In this document: positions 38,510 through 48,228 of the stretch, one piece after another
Layout of the letters: every line of letters begins with the position of its first letter
Numbering within the stretch: the stretch's first letter is position 1
DNA from: Acutalibacteraceae bacterium
GTDB lineage: Bacteria > Bacillota > Clostridia > Peptostreptococcales > Anaerovoracaceae
DNA: 64,000 nucleotides
Direction: 5' to 3'
Assembly: GCA_963656785.1 (NCBI GenBank)
Contig: CAVKJB010000010.1
Coordinates: 2,470 to 66,469 of the forward strand
Translations under genes and position numbers: made by a program
Notes under the pieces: generated by a model
Seen by the model: only the letters and a program-made list of their open reading frames with translations
What the model was told of the DNA's origin: nothing
Database searches by the model: none

Positions 38510-39082
38510 ATGAAGTTGTTTATCGGCGGATACGCCCAGGGTAAAAATAAATATGCTCAAGCTCGCTTTCCCGGTTATGCATTCCTGGATGAGAAGAATT
38601 ACGAGATCGGCGTGGGAATTATGAATGGCGAAGTTGGGCCTATCGAGACGGCATCACCTGTGAAGTGCGATGATGCCGCAATGACGGAAGCCGTTACCGC
38701 AGACGAAGTGACGAAGGAATCAACCTTTGCGAAACATGATCCCAGAGAGGATACAAGTGAAACCGCAACAGAAGCAGAATCTCAGAAAGCCGCTAACCAG
38801 GGAATTCTGGTGAACCATCTCCATCGAATCATCCGTCAAGAATTGGAATCTGGACGAACGGAAGATGAGATTCGGGAGGAAATCCTGATGCTGGGAAGAC
38901 AACCTTTCGAAGTGGTCTTTCTTTGCGATGAGCTGGGGAATGGCATTGTACCGATTGACCCGGACGAAAGGAAATGGCGGGAAGTGGTCGGCCACATTCT
39001 GATGGCGATTGCGGAGGAAGCCAATGAAGTCCTGCGAATTTTCTGCGGTATCCCGGAAGTCATCAAGAAGGACTCGAATTAG
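38510..39082 (+). CDS. Second, divergent CobU-like protein
   Basis: IGGYAQGK at the N-terminus and DELGNGIVP..ERKWREVVG..RIFCG at the C-terminus. RBS aggagg. Confidence 0.75.
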   Translation: MKLFIGGYAQGKNKYAQARFPGYAFLDEKNYEIGVGIMNGEVGPIETASPVKCDDAAMTEAVTADEVTKESTFAKHDPREDTSETATEAESQKAANQGILVNHLHRIIRQELESGRTEDEIREEILMLGRQPFEVVFLCDELGNGIVPIDPDERKWREVVGHILMAIAEEANEVLRIFCGIPEVIKKDSN

Positions 39083-39083
39083 T

Positions 39084-40016
39084 ATGCCCCCGATCCGCTT
39101 ATCCCACTTAAATTCTCCGACATCTACGTCAGACTCGGCAGCTTCTTTTCATTCCGTGACTCTTTCCGACTCGACGGACATCTCTCGCTCCGTATGCTCA
39201 TTCGATTCCGCAGAACCTGAAAACATGGTCTTCCACATCTTTCTGATCCGCCACGGCGCGACGCCGGGTAATCTGGAAGGCCGGTACATCGGCCGAACGG
39301 ATGAATCTCTGTCGGAAACAGGGCGAGACGAAATCCTTCGACGTCAGTATCCACCGGTGGATATCGTCTTCACCAGTCCGATGAGAAGATGCCTGGAGAC
39401 CGCGTCCCTAATCTATTCCCCCAAAACAGGATCTATAAGCTTCGATGCGGAGTGGTGCTGCTCGGAGCAGGTAGATCTGACGGAGTCCGGAGCCGCGCGA
39501 ATCTCCCTGGATCTGACCCGTCAGGTGGACTCCGATGCGAGGCGCATGGTTCGCGTCATTGAAGAGTTCCGAGAGACGGATTTTGGTGCTTTCGAAGGAA
39601 AGAATCACCAAGAGCTGGACGGAAACGAGGATTATCAGGCGTGGATTGATAGCTTGGGGGAGTTGCCTTTCCCCGGCGGGGAAAGCCGGATGGACGTGAA
39701 TGCCAGGGTGATACGTGGATTTCGCATAATGATGAAGGATGTGGAAAGTTATATCCGCAATGCCGGTAAAGACATATCTATTGCCATCATTTCCCATGGC
39801 GGAACGCTGATGACGATGCTTCAGGCGCTTTTCGGCGGAAACTATTACGACTATCTGATGAAGAACGGAGAAGGTTATTCTTTTGAAATATCACATGACG
39901 GCATTTGCAGCGGGCTTCGTGCTCGATCTTATCATCGGAGATCCGGAGAACTGGCCGCATCCGGTGCGATGGATCGGCAGTCTGATTGCAAAACTCACGA
40001 ACCGTTTCCTGAATAG
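39084..40016 (+). CDS. cobC: Histidine phosphatase, probable alpha-ribazole phosphatase
   Basis: LIRHG, YIGRTD, SPMRRC, ETDFGAFEG, PGGES, HGG. Start is uncertain (39084 or 39225). Confidence 0.8.
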   Translation: MPPIRLSHLNSPTSTSDSAASFHSVTLSDSTDISRSVCSFDSAEPENMVFHIFLIRHGATPGNLEGRYIGRTDESLSETGRDEILRRQYPPVDIVFTSPMRRCLETASLIYSPKTGSISFDAEWCCSEQVDLTESGAARISLDLTRQVDSDARRMVRVIEEFRETDFGAFEGKNHQELDGNEDYQAWIDSLGELPFPGGESRMDVNARVIRGFRIMMKDVESYIRNAGKDISIAIISHGGTLMTMLQALFGGNYYDYLMKNGEGYSFEISHDGICSGLRARSYHRRSGELAASGAMDRQSDCKTHEPFPE

Positions 40017-40929
40017 AGCAAATATAATCCGAGACCCCATCGAGCAGAAACGGACGAAACGCCGATTTGGCCGGATCTTGGTGTTGCTGGTGATTCTTAT
40101 CTCCGGCACCACGACTGCTGTGCTGCTTGTGGGTGCGTATTGCGTTCATCCAGTATTTGGCTGCATTCTGGAAGCCTGGCTCACATTTCGCCTGCTGGCG
40201 ACAAAGAGTCTCCGGGATGCCTCTATGAATGTTCATCGCGCGCTGACTGATGAGAATAGTACAATGGAGGATGCGAGGTACGCGGTATCCATGATTGTGG
40301 GCCGCGACACAGCGGCACTCGATGAGACTGGCATCACCAAAGCTACCGTTGAAACTGTCGCGGAGAATACATCCGACGGCATCATCGCGCCTATGATCTA
40401 TACCGCTATCGGCGGTCCCATCCTGGGTATCATTTATAAATCCATTAACACCATGGATTCCATGGTCGGTTACCGGAATGATCAATACATAGACTTTGGC
40501 CGTGCCGCCGCATTGACGGACGATGTTGCGAACTTCCTGCCAGCGAGAATCAGCGGCATATTGATGATAGCTGCCACTGGCATCCTGAGAATCGTGTGGA
40601 AACTGTCGAACGGAAAGTGCAAGGAAAGTAGCGTTCCACTTTACTCCGCATCCAATGCCCTGCACATCTTTCGTCGCGACCGACGGAAGCACGCCAGCCC
40701 GAATGCTGCCCACACCGAGGCGGTCTGTGCCGGTGCTCTATCCATCGAGCTGGCCGGAGATGCCTCTTATTTCGGGGAAATTCATCACAAACCCACGCTG
40801 GGGGATCCTATTCGCCCCGTTGAATCCGATGACATCATAAGAGCCAACCGATTAATGCTTGGCACGGCAATAATCTGCGAACTGTTGTGCCTGACGGTGA
40901 TGGCACTGCTTGTCTATATTCGCACATAG
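39883..40929 (+). CDS. cbiB: Adenosylcobinamide-phosphate synthase
   Basis: GDP..WPHPV, IVGRDT, ETVAENTSDG, YKSINTMDSMVGY, DDVANFLPAR, HASPNA. Start is TTG 39883 or ATG 39895. Confidence 0.93.
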   Translation: MKYHMTAFAAGFVLDLIIGDPENWPHPVRWIGSLIAKLTNRFLNRANIIRDPIEQKRTKRRFGRILVLLVILISGTTTAVLLVGAYCVHPVFGCILEAWLTFRLLATKSLRDASMNVHRALTDENSTMEDARYAVSMIVGRDTAALDETGITKATVETVAENTSDGIIAPMIYTAIGGPILGIIYKSINTMDSMVGYRNDQYIDFGRAAALTDDVANFLPARISGILMIAATGILRIVWKLSNGKCKESSVPLYSASNALHIFRRDRRKHASPNAAHTEAVCAGALSIELAGDASYFGEIHHKPTLGDPIRPVESDDIIRANRLMLGTAIICELLCLTVMALLVYIRT

Positions 40930-41350
40930 CATCGCCGAACAGGTTCACGACGACATCGAGCAGTATTTCCCCCGCGTTAAGCACTGCATGGTTCATGTGA
41001 ACCCGGTGGAATAGCGGGAATCCGCGGTGCATGGTATAAGAGCGTTGCACCTGACAAGGGAGGGCGCATTCTATGGAGCAAAGGGTGTAATAACAACCGA
41101 TATACATGATTTTACCCATGCTACACGAAAGGTTATATTTAAGTCGTTTGTGAAGCCAATCTGCACGGAATCCGGATATTCGCTCTATATCTGCAAGTGA
41201 TGATGAAGCGGAAGGTGTCGTAAGACACCTTCTGACCCAAAATTTTCCCATTACTCCAATTGAACTATCGTGCTACTTGACGATATGCGACAAGCATGAT
41301 AGAAATTTTTTAGGTTAATTTAATCTGCTCGAGAATGGGAGGTATCAGTA

Positions 41351-43222
41351 ATGAAGAATCGAATAGGAAAGTTCTTATCCGTTGTGCTTTGTGTATTTGT
41401 AACGACGGTCTTTAGTGTGCCGGTTTTTGCCGATGATGCAACAGGCAGTGAAGCAGCCGGTACTGCAAACGTAGCAGCAATTGGGGATACGGAGTATGAA
41501 ACCTTGGCGAAGGCGTTGGACGCTGCTGAGGCAGACGACGAAATCACTCTGCTGGCGAACGTTACGGAGGATGTAACAATTGCAGAGGATAAGGATGTAA
41601 CCCTGAACCTAAGCGAATATACGTTGACGAATGCGAAGAGCCACACCATTACGAACAACGGAACGCTTGTAATCAGGGGATCCGGAACTGTGACGAATAC
41701 ATCGAATAATTGTGCTTCGCTTGCAAATTTCGGTAAGGCAACTCTAGAGAGCGGTACATTAACTAGAGAAGCGGGAACTGCAAAAGGATATTATGTTGTT
41801 TTTAACCGGAATACATTCGTCATGAATGGCGGAACGGTTATAAATACGAACACGAACCATACCGCATCCGTTATTGCAAACGGAGATATGAACAAAGCAG
41901 ATGACCATGCCGATACGGTTACAATTAACGGCGGAACTGTAACTGTAGATACTGTAAATCCGATCGCATTGAAGAATAACGAATGGGAAGGTTGCGAAAT
42001 TACAGTAAATGGCGGTACCTTTAATTCTAGCAGTCCGGATAAAACACTGATTAACCAGTGTGTTCAGAACTGGGGCATCGCTAATATTACAGGGGGTACC
42101 TTTAATGGCAAAATTACCACATGGTCATACGATGGTGCTCCAACTGTAGCGCATACCACAATCGATGGATCGAATGTAATAATCATTTCTCCTGCTGATT
42201 CTGGTGCAGGACATGCGGTAGGAATTGGAAATTATAATAAGACGGGGACTCCGATTGTTGAAATTAAATACGCCAATGTAACCGGTGAAATCGGTTCGCT
42301 CCTTTCAGCTGGTACAATTGCAGTCTCTGGCGGCAACTACAGCGAAGAGATTGCGGATGAATACCTCGCGGATGATGTTGTTCTTAGAACGTACAAGGGC
42401 GCTGGTGAGTATAAATTCAATGCTCACAAGCATGTATGGACAGAGGTGATCGATAAAGAAGTAACCTGCACTCAAAATGGTGAAAAACACCTAGTTTGTG
42501 ATGACTGCGGGCTTGACCTTGAAGATTCACAGGAAGTAATTCGTGCGGAAGGTCATTATTGGTCGGACGAATATACCACAGACAAGGCGGAAACCTGCAC
42601 GGAAGACGGACAGCAGTCCAAGCATTGTCGGGATTGTGGGGCGATTAATAAGAAATCGGTAAAGGCGATTCCTGCAACTGGTCATAAGTGGGCAGAAGAG
42701 AAAACTGTGGATAAAAAGGCAACCTGTACAGAAGATGGACAGAAATCAATTCACTGCAAGACTTGCGGTGCGATTGATGAGAGTAGTATCGAAGTGATTG
42801 CGAAAACCGGTCACACATGGGCTCACTATAAGAAGGCTGCCGGCAACCTGAAGAACGGTACCGAGTATGATTACTGTACAATCTGCAAAGAGAAGAAGAA
42901 CGTGAAAACTCTTGCGGGATACAGTACAATCACGGTGAAGAGCTTCAAAGCAACCGCAGGAAAGAAATGTTTCACGGCAAAATGGACCAAGGCAAGCAAA
43001 GCGAACCAGAAGAAAATGACCGGCTATCAGATTAGATATTCTACGAAGTCCAGTATGAGCGGTGCGAAGATGGTAACAGCCGGAAAGACAAGCGCATCGA
43101 AGAAGATTACAAAACTGTCGTCAAAGAAGAAATACTACGTTCAGGCTAGAACATATACGAAGGTGAATGGTATTACGTTCTATTCTAGCTGGAGCGCAAA
43201 GAAGACCGTAAAGACTAAATAA
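41351..43222 (+). CDS. Secreted/surface protein with beta-rich N-region, Cys/His repeats and a basic FN3-like C-terminus
   Basis: Signal peptide ending PVFA. Repeated H.W....TCT.DG.K..HC..CG units. Terminal TGYQIRYS...KYYVQARTY...YSSWS. Visibly more AT-rich than its flanks. Confidence 0.75.
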   Translation: MKNRIGKFLSVVLCVFVTTVFSVPVFADDATGSEAAGTANVAAIGDTEYETLAKALDAAEADDEITLLANVTEDVTIAEDKDVTLNLSEYTLTNAKSHTITNNGTLVIRGSGTVTNTSNNCASLANFGKATLESGTLTREAGTAKGYYVVFNRNTFVMNGGTVINTNTNHTASVIANGDMNKADDHADTVTINGGTVTVDTVNPIALKNNEWEGCEITVNGGTFNSSSPDKTLINQCVQNWGIANITGGTFNGKITTWSYDGAPTVAHTTIDGSNVIIISPADSGAGHAVGIGNYNKTGTPIVEIKYANVTGEIGSLLSAGTIAVSGGNYSEEIADEYLADDVVLRTYKGAGEYKFNAHKHVWTEVIDKEVTCTQNGEKHLVCDDCGLDLEDSQEVIRAEGHYWSDEYTTDKAETCTEDGQQSKHCRDCGAINKKSVKAIPATGHKWAEEKTVDKKATCTEDGQKSIHCKTCGAIDESSIEVIAKTGHTWAHYKKAAGNLKNGTEYDYCTICKEKKNVKTLAGYSTITVKSFKATAGKKCFTAKWTKASKANQKKMTGYQIRYSTKSSMSGAKMVTAGKTSASKKITKLSSKKKYYVQARTYTKVNGITFYSSWSAKKTVKTK

Positions 43223-43381
43223 TTCAATGGCGAATTTACAGGTCCGTTGAGAACATCCGGTGGAAATTATTCTGTTCTCTTACCGAGAAGAACTGGATTG
43301 AAAGTTATATAAGCAGTACTTGCAAATTGCTGAATCCGTGTTGACTGGCAGTGAAGCGGCAATCTGTGAGTTGGAGACAAA

Positions 43382-43413
43382 GAAAAACGAGGGCCTTGAG
43401 GCCCTCGTTTTTC
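43382..43413. terminator. Bidirectional intrinsic terminator
   Basis: gaaaaacgagggcc-ttga-ggccctcgtttttc between convergent genes. Confidence 0.85.
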
Positions 43414-43442
43414 CGTATTGTAGGTATATTGGTATTTAAGGA

Positions 43443-44435
43443 TTATTTCGTTTTCGACGGCGACGGAGTCGGTGCGATAACGGAGGTGTAGTGCTCCTTC
43501 CGTGCCTTGAACTCCGGATCCTTGAAGAGGTTCATCAGACGGCCTTCGTTCTCGAAGATGTCCTCGCCGTGAGCCTTCTTGCCGGAGATGATGTCGTGAG
43601 CATGCCATTCAGTGGATGGATCGAAGTCCAGCGTGAAGGCACCGTCCACAATCTTCAGTGGACCCTCCAGTCCGCACAGTTCACATACTGCGGTTGTCGT
43701 TCCCGGATAGATATAGAAAGCATTGCCCTGGCAGTGTGGACATGCACCCTTCTTACCCTTCCAGAAGGATTTTTCGGTCATTTCCGCAATCGGGAACTCA
43801 TGGCATTTCTCGTTCTCTTCTTTAATCAGCTGAGCAGCCTCCACCAGATTGCGCGCAATTTCCTTCATGCGCTCCACCTTGTCATCCTGCATGATAACAT
43901 CCTTGGACCAGCTGAAGAAGTCATTGTCGATCACCTTCCAACCAGGGCTCATTGCCAGCATTGCGTGGTCTGTCTCGCAGCGAACAGCCCAGTCTGATCC
44001 GCCGATGCCGACGAACGAACATGCCTTCTGTGCAAAATATCTTTCCGGCAGACCTTCCTTGCCTGCCTGCTTCATCTGTACGTGCGCACCGAACTGCATA
44101 CCGGAATCGTGTCCCGGACCCATGCGGTCGGTCAGAATGTGGAAGAGTCCGGAAGCACCGGATTCATAGATCGGATCCACGAAGAGAAGCCCGTCCGCTT
44201 CAACCATCTTCTCATAGAACGCAGCGAAGTCGTCCTTGCGGGTACATACCATACCCTTGCCCATAACGAGGGCGCGAGAACATGCTACGCAGCCGGAACA
44301 TGTCTGGATATCCCAATCAAACATATGGATGAATTCAATTTCAGCGCCCAGCTTCTGCGCTTCTTCCAGAGCAACACGGCACATGGTGTCGTTGTTGCCG
44401 TTCTTGGTCCCTAAGGAAACTCCTAAGATTTTCAT
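43443..44435 (-). CDS. Flavodoxin-like / NADPH-dependent FMN reductase family protein with C-terminal CxxC pair
   Basis: MKILGVS..GNND, C-SG-C-VA-C...C..DD, ADG..F.DPIY, VGIGGSDW. C-terminal CPHC...CELC. Confidence 0.8.
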   Translation of the reverse strand: MKILGVSLGTKNGNNDTMCRVALEEAQKLGAEIEFIHMFDWDIQTCSGCVACSRALVMGKGMVCTRKDDFAAFYEKMVEADGLLFVDPIYESGASGLFHILTDRMGPGHDSGMQFGAHVQMKQAGKEGLPERYFAQKACSFVGIGGSDWAVRCETDHAMLAMSPGWKVIDNDFFSWSKDVIMQDDKVERMKEIARNLVEAAQLIKEENEKCHEFPIAEMTEKSFWKGKKGACPHCQGNAFYIYPGTTTAVCELCGLEGPLKIVDGAFTLDFDPSTEWHAHDIISGKKAHGEDIFENEGRLMNLFKDPEFKARKEHYTSVIAPTPSPSKTK

Positions 44436-44494
44436 ATCTTTTCCTCCGTTGTGTGTGTTTAGAGTGCGTTAAATAATATACATTTCACACTCAG

Positions 44495-44523
44495 ACTATA
44501 TAAGAAAAAACGCCGACACGCAA
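44495..44523 (-). promoter_or_regulatory. Sigma-A-like promoter of the flavodoxin-like gene
   Basis: Minus strand TTGCGT-17-TATAGT. Confidence 0.55.
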
Positions 44524-44783
44524 GGAAAATCAAGCTTTCCGGCTATACCTCTTCGGTTATCAAATTCATGATTTCAAGGTTATGATTCGGTTAAAAACAG
44601 GTTGACCCCGGTGCACTTTGTCCGGCGATGCCGTGAAAGCAATCCCAATGACTCTTGCAAAGAGTCACTCAATTAGAGATGCGGAGAATACATTAAAAGA
44701 AAGAAGAATAGAAAAGCGGAGTGCATAGAATGCATCCGCTGTCTGGCTGAGAGGCTTCATCGCCAGAAAAGATCACGATATAG

Positions 44784-44814
44784 AAAAGGCTGCATCCGTA
44801 AGGAGGCAGCCTTT
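44784..44814 (-). terminator. Terminator downstream of hup
   Basis: aaaaggctgc...gcagccttt hairpin with a T-run on the minus strand. Confidence 0.7.
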
Positions 44815-44834
44815 GTTATCAACGGATAGGAGGA

Positions 44835-45107
44835 CTAGTTCACCTTGTCCTTCAGCGCCTTGCCAGCCTTGAAGGTAGGAGCAACCGATGCAGGAATCTG
44901 TACGGTCTCGCCAGTCTGAGGGTTTCTGCCTTCTCTGGCAGCTCTGTCCTTCGCTTCGAATGTTCCGAATCCAACCAGAGATACCTTCTCCTTGGAAGCG
45001 AGAGTTTCGCCAACGGTCTCAGTGAAAGCGTTCAGAGCCTTCTCTGTATCAGCCTTGGTCAGGCCGGATTTAGCTGCCATCTGTGCAATCAGTTCTGCTT
45101 TGTTCAT
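44835..45107 (-). CDS. hup: DNA-binding protein HU
   Basis: MNKAELI, GFGTF, REGRNPQTG, PTFKAGKALKD. Confidence 0.97.
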   Translation of the reverse strand: MNKAELIAQMAAKSGLTKADTEKALNAFTETVGETLASKEKVSLVGFGTFEAKDRAAREGRNPQTGETVQIPASVAPTFKAGKALKDKVN

Positions 45108-45397
45108 ATCAATCTCTCCTTAAATATAGTTATATTCATCAGAGCTCCCTAGATAAGCTCCATTCAAAACATCTGTGATTATGATACCCTATTCTTTTCA
45201 GCGTTTCAAGCAGTTTTCCCCGAATCTTCCCAAAATGAGAGATTTTAGATCGCCCGATTTTAGGCATTTTCGGAAACATGTCCGACACATTCGAATTCTG
45301 TTTTTACCCGGGTTAAGGGTTAATATTGAACCCGTAAAGTGGTACAATACATTCTGTATGGGTATAAAGAACTAGAGAAAGAGGTGTATATTCAAGA

Positions 45398-46321
45398 ATG
45401 GTAGCGACATTGTTATTGCGGCAATTGATTATTTTCTTCATCTACATGGGAGCGGGATTTCTGCTGGTACGGCTGGGCGTTCTGCGGGCGGAGGACAGCC
45501 GGGTATTGTCCCTTCTGTGCGTCAATTTGCTTCTGCCTTGTGCAATACTGAAGTCTTTCCAAGCGGATTATACCGAAGAGCTCCACAGCGGATTTCTCCT
45601 CGCGATGGCAGCGGCACTGGTGTCACAGTTCCTGTTACTTGGCATTGCGTACGGAATCAGTGCGGTAAAGAAACTGGATCCCGTGGAACTGGGATCCATC
45701 ATCTACCCGAACAGTGCGAATCTGATTCTGCCGCTGGTGACCGGTGTGCTGAGCGAGCACTACGTGATCTATGCCAGCGCCTATTCCTGCATCCAGGGGA
45801 TTTTCCTGTGGACGCACGGCAATTCGATGATGAAAGGGGATCGCGACCTGGATTGGAAGAAGGTCTTCCTCAATCTCAATCTGATTACGGTGGTACTGGG
45901 AACCATTATGTTCTTCGGTCACATCCGACTGCCGAACATCATCGTGGATACACTCGGCGGTATTTCCTCCGCATTGGGCCCGGTCAGCATGATTATCATC
46001 GGGATGCTGCTCTACAACGTGAACTGGAAACAACTGTTCAGCAACAATCGAGTGTACGCGATTGTGCTGTTAAAAATGATATTTATTCCGCTGGTTGCTG
46101 CGGCAATATTTAAGTATTCGCCGATCCAGAGTCTGGTATCAGACGGTAAAATGATTCTCCTGATCACGCTTTTTGCCATCATGGCACCGACGGCAACGGT
46201 CATCACGCAGATGGCGCAGCTCTCGAATCGCGATGATCAGTACGCGGCGGCCATCAATGCGTTGACAACACTGCTTTGCATCATCACCATGCCGCTGATT
46301 ACGATGTGGTACATGAGCTAA
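45398..46321 (+). CDS. AEC (auxin efflux carrier) family transporter
   Basis: About 10 hydrophobic segments; LLLPC, YPNSANL.LP, PVSMIIIG, APTA, TTLLC..T.P. Confidence 0.85.
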   Translation: MVATLLLRQLIIFFIYMGAGFLLVRLGVLRAEDSRVLSLLCVNLLLPCAILKSFQADYTEELHSGFLLAMAAALVSQFLLLGIAYGISAVKKLDPVELGSIIYPNSANLILPLVTGVLSEHYVIYASAYSCIQGIFLWTHGNSMMKGDRDLDWKKVFLNLNLITVVLGTIMFFGHIRLPNIIVDTLGGISSALGPVSMIIIGMLLYNVNWKQLFSNNRVYAIVLLKMIFIPLVAAAIFKYSPIQSLVSDGKMILLITLFAIMAPTATVITQMAQLSNRDDQYAAAINALTTLLCIITMPLITMWYMS

Positions 46322-46420
46322 CTGAATGAGAGAAATCAATCGGCGGGCATGAATGAGATCACGACGAAGGTGTGATCTTACGCTGCACGGCCGCATCAAT
46401 TCAAGAAATGAGGAATAGAA

Positions 46421-47128
46421 ATGAACCGAAAACAACGGGCATATCTGAATGCGGGAATCTATTTTGCGGCCTTTGTTCTGCTGCTGATCCTGCTGCTCAA
46501 AGTGGACGTCCGAGCCATCGGCGCAGACGGGACGAATGTGGGTTTATCCCATTTGAATGAAGCGATTCACTTCGTTACCCGGTCGCATCCGTACATCTAC
46601 ATGGTAACGGAGGCCATCAAATGGGTAGCGGTGGCAGTGATGCTGTCCTTCATTCTTCTGGCCATCGGCGTGTTGATTAAGAATCGGACACTTCGATCCA
46701 TCCGTGGAATTCTGTGTCTGTTCCCGGTGTATGCATTGATGTTTCCGTTCTATTTCTTCTTCAATGTGCTGACGGTGAACTGCGGCCCGGCGCTTTTTCT
46801 GGGGCAGAATCATCCGTCGAATTCCTTCCCGTCCCTTTCCACGATGTTCTGTTTGGTGGTATTCGGTACGGCGATGCGGGAATGGCACAAGCTGTTTCGG
46901 AATAACGAGAAGCTCCGCTCGAATTTGGAGAAGGCTGCCTTGATTCTGATGGCGGCATCGCTCCTGATTCGACTCCTGGCCGGGATGAACTGGTTTACGG
47001 ACCTGCTGGCGGCCTGTCTGATCAGCTTGTCGCTGATTCAGCTGTACAACGGGCTTTGCATTCGAATCGTGTACGTACCGTCCGGTGGACAGGGAAAGGA
47101 CCGCGCGCAGACAATCGCGGGTAAGTGA
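46421..47128 (+). CDS. PAP2-superfamily membrane protein with degenerate catalytic motifs
   Basis: Motif scaffold NCGP / SFPSLST / RLLAGMNWFTD in PAP2 C1-C2-C3 order. Confidence 0.65.
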   Translation: MNRKQRAYLNAGIYFAAFVLLLILLLKVDVRAIGADGTNVGLSHLNEAIHFVTRSHPYIYMVTEAIKWVAVAVMLSFILLAIGVLIKNRTLRSIRGILCLFPVYALMFPFYFFFNVLTVNCGPALFLGQNHPSNSFPSLSTMFCLVVFGTAMREWHKLFRNNEKLRSNLEKAALILMAASLLIRLLAGMNWFTDLLAACLISLSLIQLYNGLCIRIVYVPSGGQGKDRAQTIAGK

Positions 47129-47167
47129 ACAGCGGACAAGTGAACAGTGGACAAGTGAACAATGGAA
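47123..47167. repeat. 15-bp tandem repeat, three copies
   Basis: aagtgaacagcggac / aagtgaacagtggac / aagtgaacaatggaa. Confidence 0.9.
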
Positions 47168-47345
47168 GAAATGCATGTGAACATATTCCGGTAGTTGACC
47201 TTCGGCGGATGTGATATACTGAATCGTAGGGTGAGACAATCATCGTGCCGGACGATAATGGAATGAGAAGTCTGTTTTTAGCACCAGATATGTTAGAGTG
47301 TCGGATAAGGGATCCGATGCCGAACGAGTAATAAAGGAGAATGAT

Positions 47346-48131
47346 ATGGGCATTTTAGATTCGATAAAGAAGGACCTTTTCACCGGTGAGGAAGAGCAGC
47401 CGGTACAGAATACACTGGAGTCCATGGTTCACAACGCTTCCACGGATTCCGGCCGCGCACGCGTTATCGTGGTGGAGCCGCTTCGCATGGAGGAGTGTAA
47501 CGCCATGGTGGAGTGCATTCGCCATGGCCTGGTCGTTGTCATTAACACGGAGAACCTGGAGACAGAATTCGCCCGCCGTATTGTCGACTTTCTGACCGGT
47601 GCAACCCGTGCCATTGACGGTCGTTCCCTGCGCATCAACAGTGTGACCTACATCTTTGCGCCGGCTGATATCGATGTGGCTATTCGCCGCAAAGAGAAAA
47701 GAGAAGCTCCGGTTCAGGAACCGGTAAAAACAAATCCGGTTCACCGGGTGATTCCCGACGAGGCGGTACATACCGTGACAGACGGACTGTCTGCACATCA
47801 GAATTTTGCGACTGCTTATGAGGAACCGTCGGAAGAAGTGTATGAGGCGGCACATGCGTACGAGGACGCGGATGCCTATGAAGAAACTGACGACGAAGAC
47901 GAATATGAAACGGACGGAAACAACGTTTATGCAGAAAGCGCGGATGGATCGAGGGAGTATGCGGCGTCGTATGATGTGGACCGGGAAGGCGAAGGAACTA
48001 CTGAGGAGAACGGGGAAGAATCTTTCTCTGACCGTTCGAAGCAGATGTCCGAATTGACGGAACAGTTCGGTGGAAGACATGTGACAGATGACACGCTTCT
48101 GTACGGCATTCGCAAGGAGGATGTGCGATAG
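47346..48131 (+). CDS. sepF: SepF-family protein with long acidic C-terminal extension
   Basis: VVEP..EEC, VVIN, ARRIVDFLTGA..AIDG, YIFAP. RBS aaaggag before ATG 47346. Confidence 0.75.
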   Translation: MGILDSIKKDLFTGEEEQPVQNTLESMVHNASTDSGRARVIVVEPLRMEECNAMVECIRHGLVVVINTENLETEFARRIVDFLTGATRAIDGRSLRINSVTYIFAPADIDVAIRRKEKREAPVQEPVKTNPVHRVIPDEAVHTVTDGLSAHQNFATAYEEPSEEVYEAAHAYEDADAYEETDDEDEYETDGNNVYAESADGSREYAASYDVDREGEGTTEENGEESFSDRSKQMSELTEQFGGRHVTDDTLLYGIRKEDVR

Positions 48132-48157
48132 CGGCAATACGGAATCGAATGAAAGAT

Positions 48158-48188
48158 GCCTGTGGAACTTCGGTTTTGCGGGCTTTTT
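48158..48188 (+). terminator. Terminator after the sepF-like gene
   Basis: gcctgtggaac-ttcg-gttttgcgggc-ttttt. Confidence 0.65.
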
Positions 48189-48228
48189 CTGTTCGAATAT
48201 ATGGAAAATCCGGCAGAAACTGCCGGAA

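Noticed and set aside
40930..41350. Riboswitch (e.g. c-di-GMP) or mobile-element end upstream of the surface protein
   Set aside because: Only isolated short hairpins (e.g. gaaggtgtc/gacaccttc); no convincing aptamer or terminal repeat.
44540..44660. LysR-type boxes and the palindrome tgactcttgcaaagagtca upstream of the flavodoxin-like gene
   Set aside because: Plausible but too degenerate to support, and no cognate regulator is in the window.
47123..47167. 15-bp repeats as a mini-CRISPR
   Set aside because: Head-to-tail with no spacers, and too short.
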